Both the position numbers and the translations under genes were made by a program. This document shows positions 26,212 through 35,478 of a stretch of 64,000 nucleotides of DNA, piece after piece. Location: positions 75,276 to 139,275 of the forward strand of contig MEPO01000027.1 of NCBI GenBank assembly GCA_001769805.1, in the 5' to 3' direction. The stretch comes from Bdellovibrionales bacterium GWA1_52_35. GTDB taxonomy: Bacteria > Bdellovibrionota > UBA1018. Position 1 is the first letter of the stretch, and each line of letters begins with the position of its first letter. The notes under the pieces are model-generated. The model searched no databases and had not been told where the DNA came from. It saw only the letters and a program-made list of their open reading frames with translations.

Positions 26212-26826
26212 TTGCGCGCAACCTCTTGTCCAGAGGATAAAGGTAGTTTGGGTATGTGGCGGTATGAAGGAGAACTCGTGGGAATTGACGCAGAATCTAA
26301 AGAATGTCTCGAGAACATAATGAAGCTGACTTGGGCCAAGCAGCACAAAATTGCGGGGGTCCGTACCGTACTGATTGTCCTTTCCGAGTCTTTTTTGCCC
26401 TTTGATACCGACTCGCTTCGACAAAAAGTCCTCAACTCGTATCCGGATGCCACCGTTTTCTTTTACAGCACCCGGGGCAAACCCCTGGGCGTGCATCCTC
26501 CCGAAAAGATCGACCTGTTGATCGACTTTACTGGACCCCACCAATACCAACCATTTCTCCTGCCTAGAATGTTTCGGAAGATGGCACGCGTAGCCGTTGG
26601 ACGGAAGACCGGCTGGCTCCGCAATAAATTTTACGACACGGTTCTGGATGAAAACGCGGAACCCAATCTTTCTCCCGATCCGCAGATTCGGGAGCTGGAA
26701 ACCCAGAAGAAGTTACTCGGGCTTGCCGGCGTTCTGAACAATCACTCCGGCATCGCCTTACCGGACCGGGGGACGATCACGCCTCGCGAACTGCCGCCGC
26801 TGCAGCGCTCACCTTCGCTGCTTTAG
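26212..26826 (+). CDS. hypothetical protein
   Basis: ORF with coding-like composition and no confident domain. 'KIDLLIDFTG' faintly resembles a GT9 (heptosyltransferase) N-domain. Start may be the internal M at 26254. Confidence 0.4.
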   Translation: MRATSCPEDKGSLGMWRYEGELVGIDAESKECLENIMKLTWAKQHKIAGVRTVLIVLSESFLPFDTDSLRQKVLNSYPDATVFFYSTRGKPLGVHPPEKIDLLIDFTGPHQYQPFLLPRMFRKMARVAVGRKTGWLRNKFYDTVLDENAEPNLSPDPQIRELETQKKLLGLAGVLNNHSGIALPDRGTITPRELPPLQRSPSLL

Positions 26827-27255
26827 GAGCTGATCGATTTCAGAAGCATCCACAGAAGGCCGGGCTCCGCCCATTGCTTTCAATGTCGCTTCCAACCGGT
26901 GCACCAGAATATCCTGCTCTTCAGTCGTTTTTTCCGTGTAGTGCTCCAGAAGATATTTGATCGTGGTCAGGGCATCCCAAAGGGAGCCGACGCATTTGCG
27001 GATCTGGGGACGGGTCTCGGCAGTCCTCGCCTTGACCGAAATTTCTTCACCGAGTTTCGCAATCTGGGCCACGGCTGGAAGATTCAACTGCTGTGCGGTC
27101 CCGCGAATTGCAACCATGCGTTCAAAAAATACGGAAAATTTTTCTTTATTGCCCAAAAGATCTTTTTCAATCTCGGCCAGCGTGCGCTCAGCGGTTTCCG
27201 CAAAGCCCCCCAGCTCCTCGATGAATTCTTTGATCTTGAGATCGAACTCGCTCAT
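26809..27255 (-). CDS. helical hypothetical protein, possibly Hpt-like but lacking the phosphorylatable His
   Basis: 148 aa, all-helical pattern. 'FFERMVAIRGTAQQLNLPAVAQIAKLGEEI' resembles the Hpt/CheA-P1 'RxAHxLKGxA..G...L..LA..LE' block with no His. 4-bp overlap with the CheY-like gene. Confidence 0.35.
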   Translation of the reverse strand: MSEFDLKIKEFIEELGGFAETAERTLAEIEKDLLGNKEKFSVFFERMVAIRGTAQQLNLPAVAQIAKLGEEISVKARTAETRPQIRKCVGSLWDALTTIKYLLEHYTEKTTEEQDILVHRLEATLKAMGGARPSVDASEIDQLLKQRR

Positions 27256-27650
27256 TCTAACACCCTTTTTTTCAATAAAACGCCGTAAACCTTGCTCTCG
27301 ATCTGCTCCAACGTGAGAGGTTTGATAAGGTAGTCATCCACACCTGATTTGATCGCCTCAATCACGCTCTCGCGGGTACTCTCGGCAGTAACCATGATAA
27401 ACCCGACATCTTTGAAAGTGGGATGCTCACGAACGAACCTCAGGAAGTCGAGCCCGGAAACATCTGTCCCCAGGTGCCAATCACAGAGGACCAGATTGAA
27501 CTGTTCCGCATCCATGAGACGAACGGCGTCGGTCGCACTTTCACAGAGCGTTATTCTTTTAAACCCAAAGCTTTTGAGAATCATTCTGATCTGAGTCCGC
27601 ATGGAGCTGACGTCCTCAATGACCAGGATATTCACTTCGTCTCGAAGCAT
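27252..27650 (-). CDS. single-domain CheY-like response regulator
   Basis: 'NILVIEDVSSMR', phospho-acceptor 'LVLCDWHLG', 'FIMVTAES', 'YLIKPL'. All conserved REC positions are present. Confidence 0.85.
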   Translation of the reverse strand: MLRDEVNILVIEDVSSMRTQIRMILKSFGFKRITLCESATDAVRLMDAEQFNLVLCDWHLGTDVSGLDFLRFVREHPTFKDVGFIMVTAESTRESVIEAIKSGVDDYLIKPLTLEQIESKVYGVLLKKRVLE

Positions 27651-27694
27651 TCATCCATTCTACTTGCCAATCGGAAGGCAGCAAACGGCAATTT

Positions 27695-29035
27695 TTAACG
27701 GACTACTTTTTTGACCGATTCAACTCTTTTACTCGCTGAATCCCCCCGGATCCTGGCATCTGCAAGGATATCCCCCCGTCCGAGCCCACCCTCGAGGTCT
27801 CCGGCAAGCTTTTCTTTAAAGCGAGCCCGGCTTTTTCCTTCTTTGCCACAAAGGTAGAATTCAAGATCCTGACCCACACCGTGGCAGGGACTGACCAATC
27901 GATGCAAAGAACAAGGTGTCGCCCCCTGCTTAAGAGCGCTCAAGATTTCTTCCTGAGGCCTGGAATCCCGGGTAATTACGAGATAACTGAATGGCAGATT
28001 GCGTCGATCAAGGCCCGCCATTTTATCGATAATCCTGAAGTAAGGAGGACGCCACCAGCTCACGTCCTCGTGACACCAGTCCTCGTCCGCCTTCAAAGCC
28101 CCGCATTCCTGATGCCCGAGGCAAGGAAGCAGGATTTTCAACCAGTCACAGCCCCGGCGCCCTGCCAGCAGCAAAAGCTCCTGCCGGAGCTGCAGCAGCT
28201 TTCTTGATTGATATTTCAAAGCAGGTTCCACGAGAATCACGACACCTCTCTCCGTAAGATGGCGCTCCCAGGCATCCAGCAAGACCTTTGCAGCAGCCGC
28301 AGGATCGCTCCAGATCTCATTCAGAAAATAGCTCATGACCCACAGATTGAAAGACGGTGCATTCCTCGGAAGTAGTCCTTTCGTCAGATCTACTTTCCGG
28401 TGAAAAGGACGTATGCCCCAATCCCGGTCGCCCGAGGGAAAATATTTTTCCGCCCAAGCGCACCCGAGCTGCAGCACTGCCTTATCCTGCTCGATTAGAG
28501 CCCAGGAGCCGCTCTTCGGCAGTCCCAGCGGTGAAAACCGTTCAGCTGCCGCAATTCCACAGGCACCCGTAGCGGGACCTGCGCCGAACTCAATGGCACG
28601 AAGTTCGTTCTGATTTTCGGGCCAGCGGAATCCCAACCGCGCCAATTCAGCCCAAACGGAAGCCACACGAAAGAGATTGCTCGGCATGAAATAGAGGAAA
28701 TATGCCAAACGTAAATGAGCCGGATTGGAACTCTCCTTCCAGTAGGGATCCAGCCCCTTGGCCTGCGTTTCCGAGCGGTCCAATGCTTCCCTCTCCTTTT
28801 TGACAGCCTTGGCCGGTCTGGCTGTTTCAGCTTCCTTCTGATCAAGCACTTCTTCCCGGTTGAAAAGCGCCGAAAGTTTTTTGACATGAGGAACAACCGA
28901 ACGGGCCATGAATCTCTCAGAACGGGTGGAACCCGCATCAGGGATCAAGCCCCGCTCGGCAGCAAGGGCACCGATCAGCTCCTGAAATTCATCACCGAAG
29001 GCTTTTTGTAAATTTTCGGGAACATGCATAGTCCC
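27695..29035 (-). CDS. putative SAM-dependent methyltransferase, Rsm22-like (COG5459), with C-terminal Cys cluster
   Basis: 'AIEFGAGPATG' glycine-rich SAM loop. 'YFLNEIWS'. C-terminal Cys pairs ('CLGHQECGALKADEDWCHEDV', 'CSLHRLVSPCHG...YLC'). Start placed at ATG 29035 (or 28915). The track ORF to 29725 is an artefactual extension overlapping the divergent gene. Confidence 0.45.
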   Translation of the reverse strand, partial: GTMHVPENLQKAFGDEFQELIGALAAERGLIPDAGSTRSERFMARSVVPHVKKLSALFNREEVLDQKEAETARPAKAVKKEREALDRSETQAKGLDPYWKESSNPAHLRLAYFLYFMPSNLFRVASVWAELARLGFRWPENQNELRAIEFGAGPATGACGIAAAERFSPLGLPKSGSWALIEQDKAVLQLGCAWAEKYFPSGDRDWGIRPFHRKVDLTKGLLPRNAPSFNLWVMSYFLNEIWSDPAAAAKVLLDAWERHLTERGVVILVEPALKYQSRKLLQLRQELLLLAGRRGCDWLKILLPCLGHQECGALKADEDWCHEDVSWWRPPYFRIIDKMAGLDRRNLPFSYLVITRDSRPQEEILSALKQGATPCSLHRLVSPCHGVGQDLEFYLCGKEGKSRARFKEKLAGDLEGGLGRGDILADARIRGDSASKRVESVKKVVR

Positions 29036-29092
29036 CCACCTGAGCAAACACCGTGGCCTTTGTCCAGAGGCTGCGTTACCCTTTATTAAAGA

Positions 29093-31054
29093 ATGTGTAC
29101 GATTCCTGAGGAAACAGGTCAGGCTGCTCGGCTGAATGCCTATATTTTGGGACCACCCAGTTGTGCCCGTGCGCTCGGGACGGAAATGGAAAAGCACGGT
29201 TTCACCCCGATCATCGTTGAGGAGATCGTCGAACTGCCCTCGCCTTCGGAACCAGATGCAATCACCCGCATGAAACAGGCCTTGACGGAAGCTCTCCAAA
29301 TCTCCCAGCCCTCCCGCTCCAATGCCGCCGATCAACCAGACTATCTGCACCCGGGAATCAGCCGCTGGGGAGAACGCTCTGAGCTTCCCATCATCGCGCA
29401 GGAGCTTGGACTCTTGACAGTCTGCCCACCGGCCGTTGCTCTTGCACTTTTCGCCAACAAACTGAACCTGCTCAGTGAGGCCGAACGCCTCGGAATACCA
29501 AATCTGGTCCTGAGTTTCGATCCGCTGCATGGGGTACGGGAAGTGGAGCGGTTTCTGATTCATAGCCGGCTCAGCTTCCCGATCGTTTTCCGCTCCGTGC
29601 ACTCCGCGGGATATTTCGGGAAATATATTGTCCGGGATTACGATGACTTCGAGAAGAAACTCGGGCTTTGGATCGAGCAGCTCAACCGGAACACCGGGGA
29701 AGATCTGGTCTTTGCCGAAAGCCATCTGGATGGTGCCCGCCAGCTCTCCTTGCCGTTCGCCCGCTCCCGAGCCGGTGAGCTGATTTTTTTTCCTCCGATT
29801 GACTGTTCACTCCAGGCCCGCTCACGGAAAATCGTCGAAATCTGCCCCGCTCACCACGTGGCCGGCGGCCTTGATCCTGAGGTTGAGTTCAAAATCAAAA
29901 AATGGGCACAGCTCCTCTTGGAACATTCCCGCTTTACCGGACTGGGTTCTCTGGAGTTCCTGATTGACGGCAGCAGAGCCTATCTCACCGATGGTAAAGC
30001 CCGGCTCGCCAGCAGTTACCACCTTTGGGAACGAGTCAGCGGCAACAGCGCGGTCCATTGGCAACTCGCAATGTTGAAAAACGCTTCCATTGAATCGGTT
30101 GTCTCTGAAAAAAAAGCTGACCCCTGGCCCACCGGCGTAGCAGTCCATCTTCTGGCAGAGGACTCTTTGCTGCAGTTGCCGCAGTCCGGCTTTGTTGCTG
30201 AAATTTCCGACAGGCGAAATTGGTCGTTTCCCGGCTCAGAGGCCGAACTCTGGCTCAATATCGCAAAAAATACGGAATTATCCAGCCCCCAGCACGGCAA
30301 ACTGGGTTCGCTCTATGTCGTTGGTCAGGACCTTCTGCAAACCCTCTCGATTGCGCGCGGAATCATGAATACAGATATCTGGATCGCCGGCGCGCTGCAA
30401 ACAAACGAACGTTTCGTTTCCGAGCTGCTCGAACATCCGTGGGTGCGTGCGGGGATTTTTCATACCGGTTTTGTCGATCAGGAATTCACTCCCCGGTTAA
30501 GACCGGAATGGGTCAATCTTTTTGCCTCCCTCTGCGCTTCGCATCCCGATGTCGCGCGCGCGGTCCTGCCCGGCACCCGCTGGATTGTTGGGGATCAGTG
30601 GGCCAAGCCTGACCCTGCAGCCATTCAATGGATCGGAGAGCCCCGTCAGTTCCGTAAAAGTCTGGGCTTTCCCGGGGTCTCCGGGCAAATTCTTCTCCCG
30701 GATGGTCAACAGGTCTCCGTCTGCGCGTACCCGATCGCTCCGATCGCGCTGAGACGCTGGCAGGTACGGATTGGCCCGTGGGTGCTGAATACAAAACTCA
30801 TCCCGCCGTCCACACCCGGCGTCAGTCGCGTCCCAAAACTCCTGGCCCTCGTCCCCGGACGAATTCACTCCCTGCTCTATCGACCAGGCTCCGTAGTAGG
30901 AGCTCATGACACTTCTTTGATCATTGAATCCCTGGGCTACCTGGTCCCCCACGCCTCGCCGAAGGACTTCCGGGTTTTGCACTGGAAAGTCGAGACAGAT
31001 CAAATTGTATGCAGCGGCCAGGAATTGGCAGAAATAGAATTTACGGAACTTTAG
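29093..31054 (+). CDS. biotin carboxylase (ATP-grasp) homolog fused to a biotinyl/lipoyl-like C-terminal domain; catalytic residues appear degenerate
   Basis: 'PIDCSLQARSRKIVEICPA' aligns to the biotin carboxylase 'ERDCSxQRRxQKxxEEAPA' block, with the first E changed to P and an R changed to A. The glycine loop 'SAGYFGKYIV' aligns to 'SAGGGGKGMRVV'. 'GSLEFLIDGSRAYLTDGKARL' aligns to 'GTVEFL...FyFlEMNtRLQVEH'. The C-terminal '...VPGRIHSLLYRPGSVVGAHDTSLIIESLGYLVPHASPKDFRVLHWKVETDQIVCSGQELAEIE' has the biotinyl-domain pattern but carries 'ESLGY' in place of 'EAMKM'. Confidence 0.6.
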   Translation: MCTIPEETGQAARLNAYILGPPSCARALGTEMEKHGFTPIIVEEIVELPSPSEPDAITRMKQALTEALQISQPSRSNAADQPDYLHPGISRWGERSELPIIAQELGLLTVCPPAVALALFANKLNLLSEAERLGIPNLVLSFDPLHGVREVERFLIHSRLSFPIVFRSVHSAGYFGKYIVRDYDDFEKKLGLWIEQLNRNTGEDLVFAESHLDGARQLSLPFARSRAGELIFFPPIDCSLQARSRKIVEICPAHHVAGGLDPEVEFKIKKWAQLLLEHSRFTGLGSLEFLIDGSRAYLTDGKARLASSYHLWERVSGNSAVHWQLAMLKNASIESVVSEKKADPWPTGVAVHLLAEDSLLQLPQSGFVAEISDRRNWSFPGSEAELWLNIAKNTELSSPQHGKLGSLYVVGQDLLQTLSIARGIMNTDIWIAGALQTNERFVSELLEHPWVRAGIFHTGFVDQEFTPRLRPEWVNLFASLCASHPDVARAVLPGTRWIVGDQWAKPDPAAIQWIGEPRQFRKSLGFPGVSGQILLPDGQQVSVCAYPIAPIALRRWQVRIGPWVLNTKLIPPSTPGVSRVPKLLALVPGRIHSLLYRPGSVVGAHDTSLIIESLGYLVPHASPKDFRVLHWKVETDQIVCSGQELAEIEFTEL

Positions 31055-31073
31055 CGTGAAAGAGGAAATGAAG

Positions 31074-31376
31074 ATGCCCGCCTATAGAAGGAAAGTGGAA
31101 ATTCCAGGTAAAAACGCTCAGGAGCTTTACGACAAAATTGCCGGAGATATTGACGATTTTCTCGCAAAAACAACTCTTGGGAATTTCGATTTGAAGCGTT
31201 CTCCTGAAAAAAAACAGATTCAATTGAAGTCCTCTATGTTTTCGGCCACCCTCACCTGCTCCAAGGGTTCGATTTCCCTGGAAGGCCAGCTCAGCTTTTT
31301 AGCCGCGCCCTTTAAATCCAGATTGGACGATGGAATTGATCAATGGCTCAAACGATCTTTCGAATCCCAGGCCTGA
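31074..31376 (+). CDS. small protein resembling the 'polyhydroxyalkanoic acid system' family (PF09650/TIGR02610-like)
   Basis: ~100 aa. 'MPAYRRKVEI...GNFDLKRSPEKKQIQLKSSMFSATLTCSKGSISLEGQLSFLAA' has the pattern of that family (MPxIxIEh...W.gd.l.f.G.gv.g.l.v...v.ve..Lgfll). Tentative. Confidence 0.4.
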   Translation: MPAYRRKVEIPGKNAQELYDKIAGDIDDFLAKTTLGNFDLKRSPEKKQIQLKSSMFSATLTCSKGSISLEGQLSFLAAPFKSRLDDGIDQWLKRSFESQA

Positions 31377-31377
31377 C

Positions 31378-33066
31378 ATGATGAAAGAGGTTTCAGACAC
31401 TCGGGGCCATTCTATTTTGAGAGCGGCAAGCTTTATGGGCGTGGCCACCTTGATGAGCCGGGTCCTGGGCCTGATTCGGGAACAGGTTTTCGCAATCATG
31501 TTCGGCGCCGGAAATTTCATGGACGCCTTCAACGTCGCATTCAGGATTCCGAACCTTCTGCGCGATCTTTTTGCAGAAGGGGCAATGAGCGCGTCTCTCG
31601 TTCCTACTTTTACGCGGGCCTGTGCCGAAGAAGGCGAACGCCGGGGCTGGAGGGTTGCCGGACTGGTCTTTCGCGTTCTTTTTCTTTCAGTAAGCCTGCT
31701 GGCGGTCATTGGGATATTTTTCGCACCGGAACTCGTTTCGCTCTATGCCTCCGCTTTCAAGCAGATTCCCGGAAAATTCGAACTGACCGTGCGGATGACG
31801 CGAATAATTTTTCCGTTTTTCCCGCTTGTAGCCCTAGCCGCGGCCTTTATGGGTATTTTGAACGCGCGCGGCAAATTTTTCATGCCGGCCTTTTCCTCCG
31901 CCCTCTTTAACATGGCTTCGATCATCGTTGGGGTGGGATGCGCAAAACTTTTCTACACTTACGGACAAAGCTGGGGCATTCAGCCCATCGAGGGCATGGC
32001 TTATGGGGTACTGGCGGGAGGTCTCGTGCAAGCACTCTCTCAACTCCCCCTGCTCTATCGCACAGGTTACCACTGGGAACCCGCCCGACCGGAAGACCCG
32101 GTATGGCATCGGGATCCCCACCTCCGGAAAATGCTGCTCATGATGGTGCCGGGAACGATCGGACTGGCCGCGACTCAGATTAATATTCTAGTGAACACGG
32201 TTTTGGCCACGTCCCAGGGAACCGGTGCGGTTTCCTGGCTGAACTATTCCTTTCGACTCATGCAGTTCCCAATCGGGATCTTCGGAGTATCTCTGGCCGC
32301 GGCGACCCTGCCGAAGGTTTCCCAACTCTGGGTTCACAAAGACGTGAATGGGATTCGAGATACACTCACCCAAAGCCTGAAACATGTCTTCGCCATCAAT
32401 TTGCCCGCATCTGCGGGACTGGCCTTTCTGGGTTACCCGATTATTGAATTGATTTTTCAGTATGGACGGTTCTACCCGGAAGATACCCGCGCCACGGCAA
32501 TGGCCCTGGCCATGTATTCCGTGGGACTAGCCGCCTATTCCAGCGTCAAGGTTCTGGTGCCCGCGTGTTATGCGGTGGGGAACACCAGGGTTCCCGTGGT
32601 CTCAAGCGCATTATCAGTCGGTCTGACCATCTGTCTGAATCTTGTCATGATCGGGCCTTTCGGTTTCTGGGGATTGGCCCTGGGCACCTCAATTGCGGCA
32701 CTTTTCAACGCGACGTATCTGCTTTTCGCACTTCGAAAAATTCTGCACGCAGCCGAAGGAAACCTGCCTTTTCAGCCCATTATTAAGGCTTTTGGTCAAC
32801 AGCTCCTGCTAGCAATGGCCATGGGCATTGGCTGCTGGTTCAGTTATAACGCCTTAAACACTCTGCTGCCCGACAGGATCCTTGTGGATGCCTTCGGACG
32901 TCACGCAATTCCTTTCAGCCGGGGCCTGAAGGTCACGCTTCTGGTCATTGAGGGCATAATCATAGTTGCCTTGCTGGCCAGAATCTTTCGCGTTCGTGAC
33001 ACAACAGACGCTATTGAACTATTTTCAAGAAAATTCAAAAAAAAGCTGAGCCGGGGACAGACTTGA
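31378..33066 (+). CDS. murJ: lipid II flippase MurJ (MviN)
   Basis: 'MSRVLGLIREQVFAIMFGAGNFMDAFNVAFRIPNLLRDLFAEGAMSASLVPTF' is the MurJ N-terminal signature. 14 predicted TM helices. Start at ATG 31378. Confidence 0.9.
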   Translation: MMKEVSDTRGHSILRAASFMGVATLMSRVLGLIREQVFAIMFGAGNFMDAFNVAFRIPNLLRDLFAEGAMSASLVPTFTRACAEEGERRGWRVAGLVFRVLFLSVSLLAVIGIFFAPELVSLYASAFKQIPGKFELTVRMTRIIFPFFPLVALAAAFMGILNARGKFFMPAFSSALFNMASIIVGVGCAKLFYTYGQSWGIQPIEGMAYGVLAGGLVQALSQLPLLYRTGYHWEPARPEDPVWHRDPHLRKMLLMMVPGTIGLAATQINILVNTVLATSQGTGAVSWLNYSFRLMQFPIGIFGVSLAAATLPKVSQLWVHKDVNGIRDTLTQSLKHVFAINLPASAGLAFLGYPIIELIFQYGRFYPEDTRATAMALAMYSVGLAAYSSVKVLVPACYAVGNTRVPVVSSALSVGLTICLNLVMIGPFGFWGLALGTSIAALFNATYLLFALRKILHAAEGNLPFQPIIKAFGQQLLLAMAMGIGCWFSYNALNTLLPDRILVDAFGRHAIPFSRGLKVTLLVIEGIIIVALLARIFRVRDTTDAIELFSRKFKKKLSRGQT

Positions 33067-33132
33067 GCTAATCTGTCAATAGGGCTGAACCCGCTTGGCT
33101 CTACTCAAGGACCCTCAAGGAGATGAGACGCG

Positions 33133-33579
33133 ATGTCGACTACCCGCGAAACTGTTCGTCTGTTATGCAAGAGCATTATCAATCGGCTCGAGAATCAAAA
33201 GGCAATTAGTTTCCCGCCGCGACTCCGCCAAGTAATCCAGGACGAAATATTTGGGCTCGTCGGGCCTTCGATCCTGAGTGAACAAGATCTTCGGGAGCGT
33301 ACGCTGGCTCGCATGGGAGCAAAAGCCGACCTGCTGCAAGACACCCAATTTACTGAAAGCGAACAATACAAAGCAGCGCGCGCCGTGATCCGCGGTACGT
33401 TTGGCGACGATATTCTGAACGGGCTCTTCTTTCAGAAGCCGCTCAAAATCATCGCCCATACGCTGGCTGAATACTTCATGCGCTCATCGCACATCGATGA
33501 TGTCTACGAAACAGATGAAGACATTGAACAGCACATCGTCGAAGTGATCCAGAAATTCGACGAAAGCCAGGCCCACTGA
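33133..33579 (+). CDS. hypothetical protein (possibly DUF507 family)
   Basis: 148 aa, acidic and helical. N-terminal 'VRLLCKSIINRLENQKAISFP' resembles DUF507 N-termini seen in delta-proteobacteria-type genomes. Tentative. Confidence 0.4.
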   Translation: MSTTRETVRLLCKSIINRLENQKAISFPPRLRQVIQDEIFGLVGPSILSEQDLRERTLARMGAKADLLQDTQFTESEQYKAARAVIRGTFGDDILNGLFFQKPLKIIAHTLAEYFMRSSHIDDVYETDEDIEQHIVEVIQKFDESQAH

Positions 33580-33644
33580 AAAGCAAAAGGGATCTGATGG
33601 ACATTTCCACCAGACCCCTCCTGCAAGCTCCCCTGCTTACGTAA

Positions 33645-35195
33645 TTACAACCCTACTTGCCGAAGTGATTTTTGAACCTGAGTACAGGTCACTGCATCAT
33701 AAAGCTGCCGGCAGGCCTTCACCGTTGACGTGCTGAAGGTCTTGAAATTCGAACTTTCAGACATGAAATGTGTCAGGACGAGAAAGAACAGTCTTTCAGC
33801 CTTGGCTTTAGTGATTGCCTCGGACACTAAATACATCGCGTGCCCCGGAACTGTGGAATTGATGTGCACCCAGCAATTGTCGTTAGCTGAGCCGCAGGAT
33901 TTCTGCTTCGGGAACATCTGATTGACGTGTGCCGGATAAGGAAGGTGCTTCATGCAGGTCCCCATGTAATCCCGCTCCGCACAGGCAGAGTGCACCCCGG
34001 GATGAGCAAGATCACGGATGCCGTTTGATCCGGATTTCAGGAAAAGTTTCTTTCCGATAATCCAATCTGAGTCGTTTGCGATCATCTTTCCGAAAAAATC
34101 CGAGAAAGCCTCATTGAGCGCGCCGGATTGATCCATATAGATCAGCTTGGCCGTTTCACTCGTCAGACCATGAGTCATTTCATGACCTGCGACATCCAAG
34201 GCGCGGGTGAAGTCACCAAAATTAACACCGTCTCCATCTCCGTAGGCCATGATTTTGAGTTCAGAACTCCAGAACGCGTTATCAAACTGTTTGCCGATAT
34301 GAACTACGCTGGTGGAAGCCCCTCCGCGCCCATCATAACTATCGCGACCATGCTTGCGCATGTAGTAGTTCAAGACGGCTTTGGAATTCCCAGCAGCCTG
34401 ACGGGCAGACTGATCAGCCTTGGCTGAAATCACGCCGTTCGCGACCACTCTTGGACAGGCTTTCAGGCTCAAGCTTTGCGGGCGGCCTACCTCATCAAGC
34501 ACCTGGCAACCGTGAGAATCAATACCGTTCAGCCGGGTGGTCAAGACATTGACTGGGGCAATTTCGATATGCCGGGACATCACTGAAAGCACATCTCCCG
34601 TATTCGCATCAATCAAGATGTCCTGGCCGACGCTGGTCTCTCCGCCGTCAAAGCCCACCCAATAGATCAAACGTGCCGTGTGGTCCTCAAAGGACGGGAA
34701 AATTTTGAGGATCGGCACCGCGCCAAGAATAGTATCACCGCTTTGTGCGCCCATCGCGGAGCGAGCAATCGCAACGGCTTCGCCGGCACTGAGCGCGGGC
34801 TGGGTATCCAGGTCGAAGGAAGCGATTTCGGCGGTGATCTCAGTTTTATCACTCGCCCGGTGATGAAAAACTCTGGCTCCGACAACTTCGATGCCTTTGA
34901 AGAATTGCTGAAATTTCGTGGTTTCGAGTTCCGGGTCCGTTACGCGATCGGTGATGCTCAGAGCATTCGCCACACTCTGGTGAAGCATCGCCCGTACAGC
35001 TGTGTCCGCGAGGACTGAGCGATGGGCGTCCTGGAGCCTTGCAAATGAATCCAAAGCCGCCGGATTGAATTTCGTGAAGGAAAAGACCGCGTCGTCTGCT
35101 GTTTCCTTGGCCCAAGCCTGTGGTACCAATGAAGAAAGTGCCGAAGTGCCTAAGATCGCGACCCAGATGAATAAGCTTCTCTTGAGATTCTTCAC
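33645..35195 (-). CDS. secreted M4 (thermolysin-family) zinc metallopeptidase
   Basis: Signal peptide 'MKNLKRSLFIWVAILGTSALSSLVPQAWA'. Zinc motif 'VAGHEMTHGLT' followed by 'GALNEAFSDFFG' (third ligand Glu), diagnostic of M4. Confidence 0.85.
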   Translation of the reverse strand: MKNLKRSLFIWVAILGTSALSSLVPQAWAKETADDAVFSFTKFNPAALDSFARLQDAHRSVLADTAVRAMLHQSVANALSITDRVTDPELETTKFQQFFKGIEVVGARVFHHRASDKTEITAEIASFDLDTQPALSAGEAVAIARSAMGAQSGDTILGAVPILKIFPSFEDHTARLIYWVGFDGGETSVGQDILIDANTGDVLSVMSRHIEIAPVNVLTTRLNGIDSHGCQVLDEVGRPQSLSLKACPRVVANGVISAKADQSARQAAGNSKAVLNYYMRKHGRDSYDGRGGASTSVVHIGKQFDNAFWSSELKIMAYGDGDGVNFGDFTRALDVAGHEMTHGLTSETAKLIYMDQSGALNEAFSDFFGKMIANDSDWIIGKKLFLKSGSNGIRDLAHPGVHSACAERDYMGTCMKHLPYPAHVNQMFPKQKSCGSANDNCWVHINSTVPGHAMYLVSEAITKAKAERLFFLVLTHFMSESSNFKTFSTSTVKACRQLYDAVTCTQVQKSLRQVGL

Positions 35196-35478
35196 ATTTC
35201 CCCCATATTTCCTAAGACTTAACGCAGCCAGTCTTCACAGGGAGCGACATCAGCAAGAAATAGTCCAATACAGCTTTAGCTGAAATTACAATAGTTTGAA
35301 ATTTTAAAGGCGGACTTAAACGGCCTTGGTTCATCCTTTTTTCCTAATGTAACGCACCACACCATGAAAATATTACGCACCCAGTCTAGTTTTAGAATAG
35401 GAAGACCTTATCCTTGAGTAAAAAAAGACCGATTAATCAAAGGATGAGCGAAACAAAATTCCTCCGAATGAAAGCTCC

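Noticed and set aside
29036-29725. 5' extension of the Rsm22-like ORF (total 676 aa in track)
   Set aside because: The extension overlaps the divergent plus-strand gene starting at 29093 and translates to non-protein-like sequence. The methyltransferase homology starts after ATG 29035.
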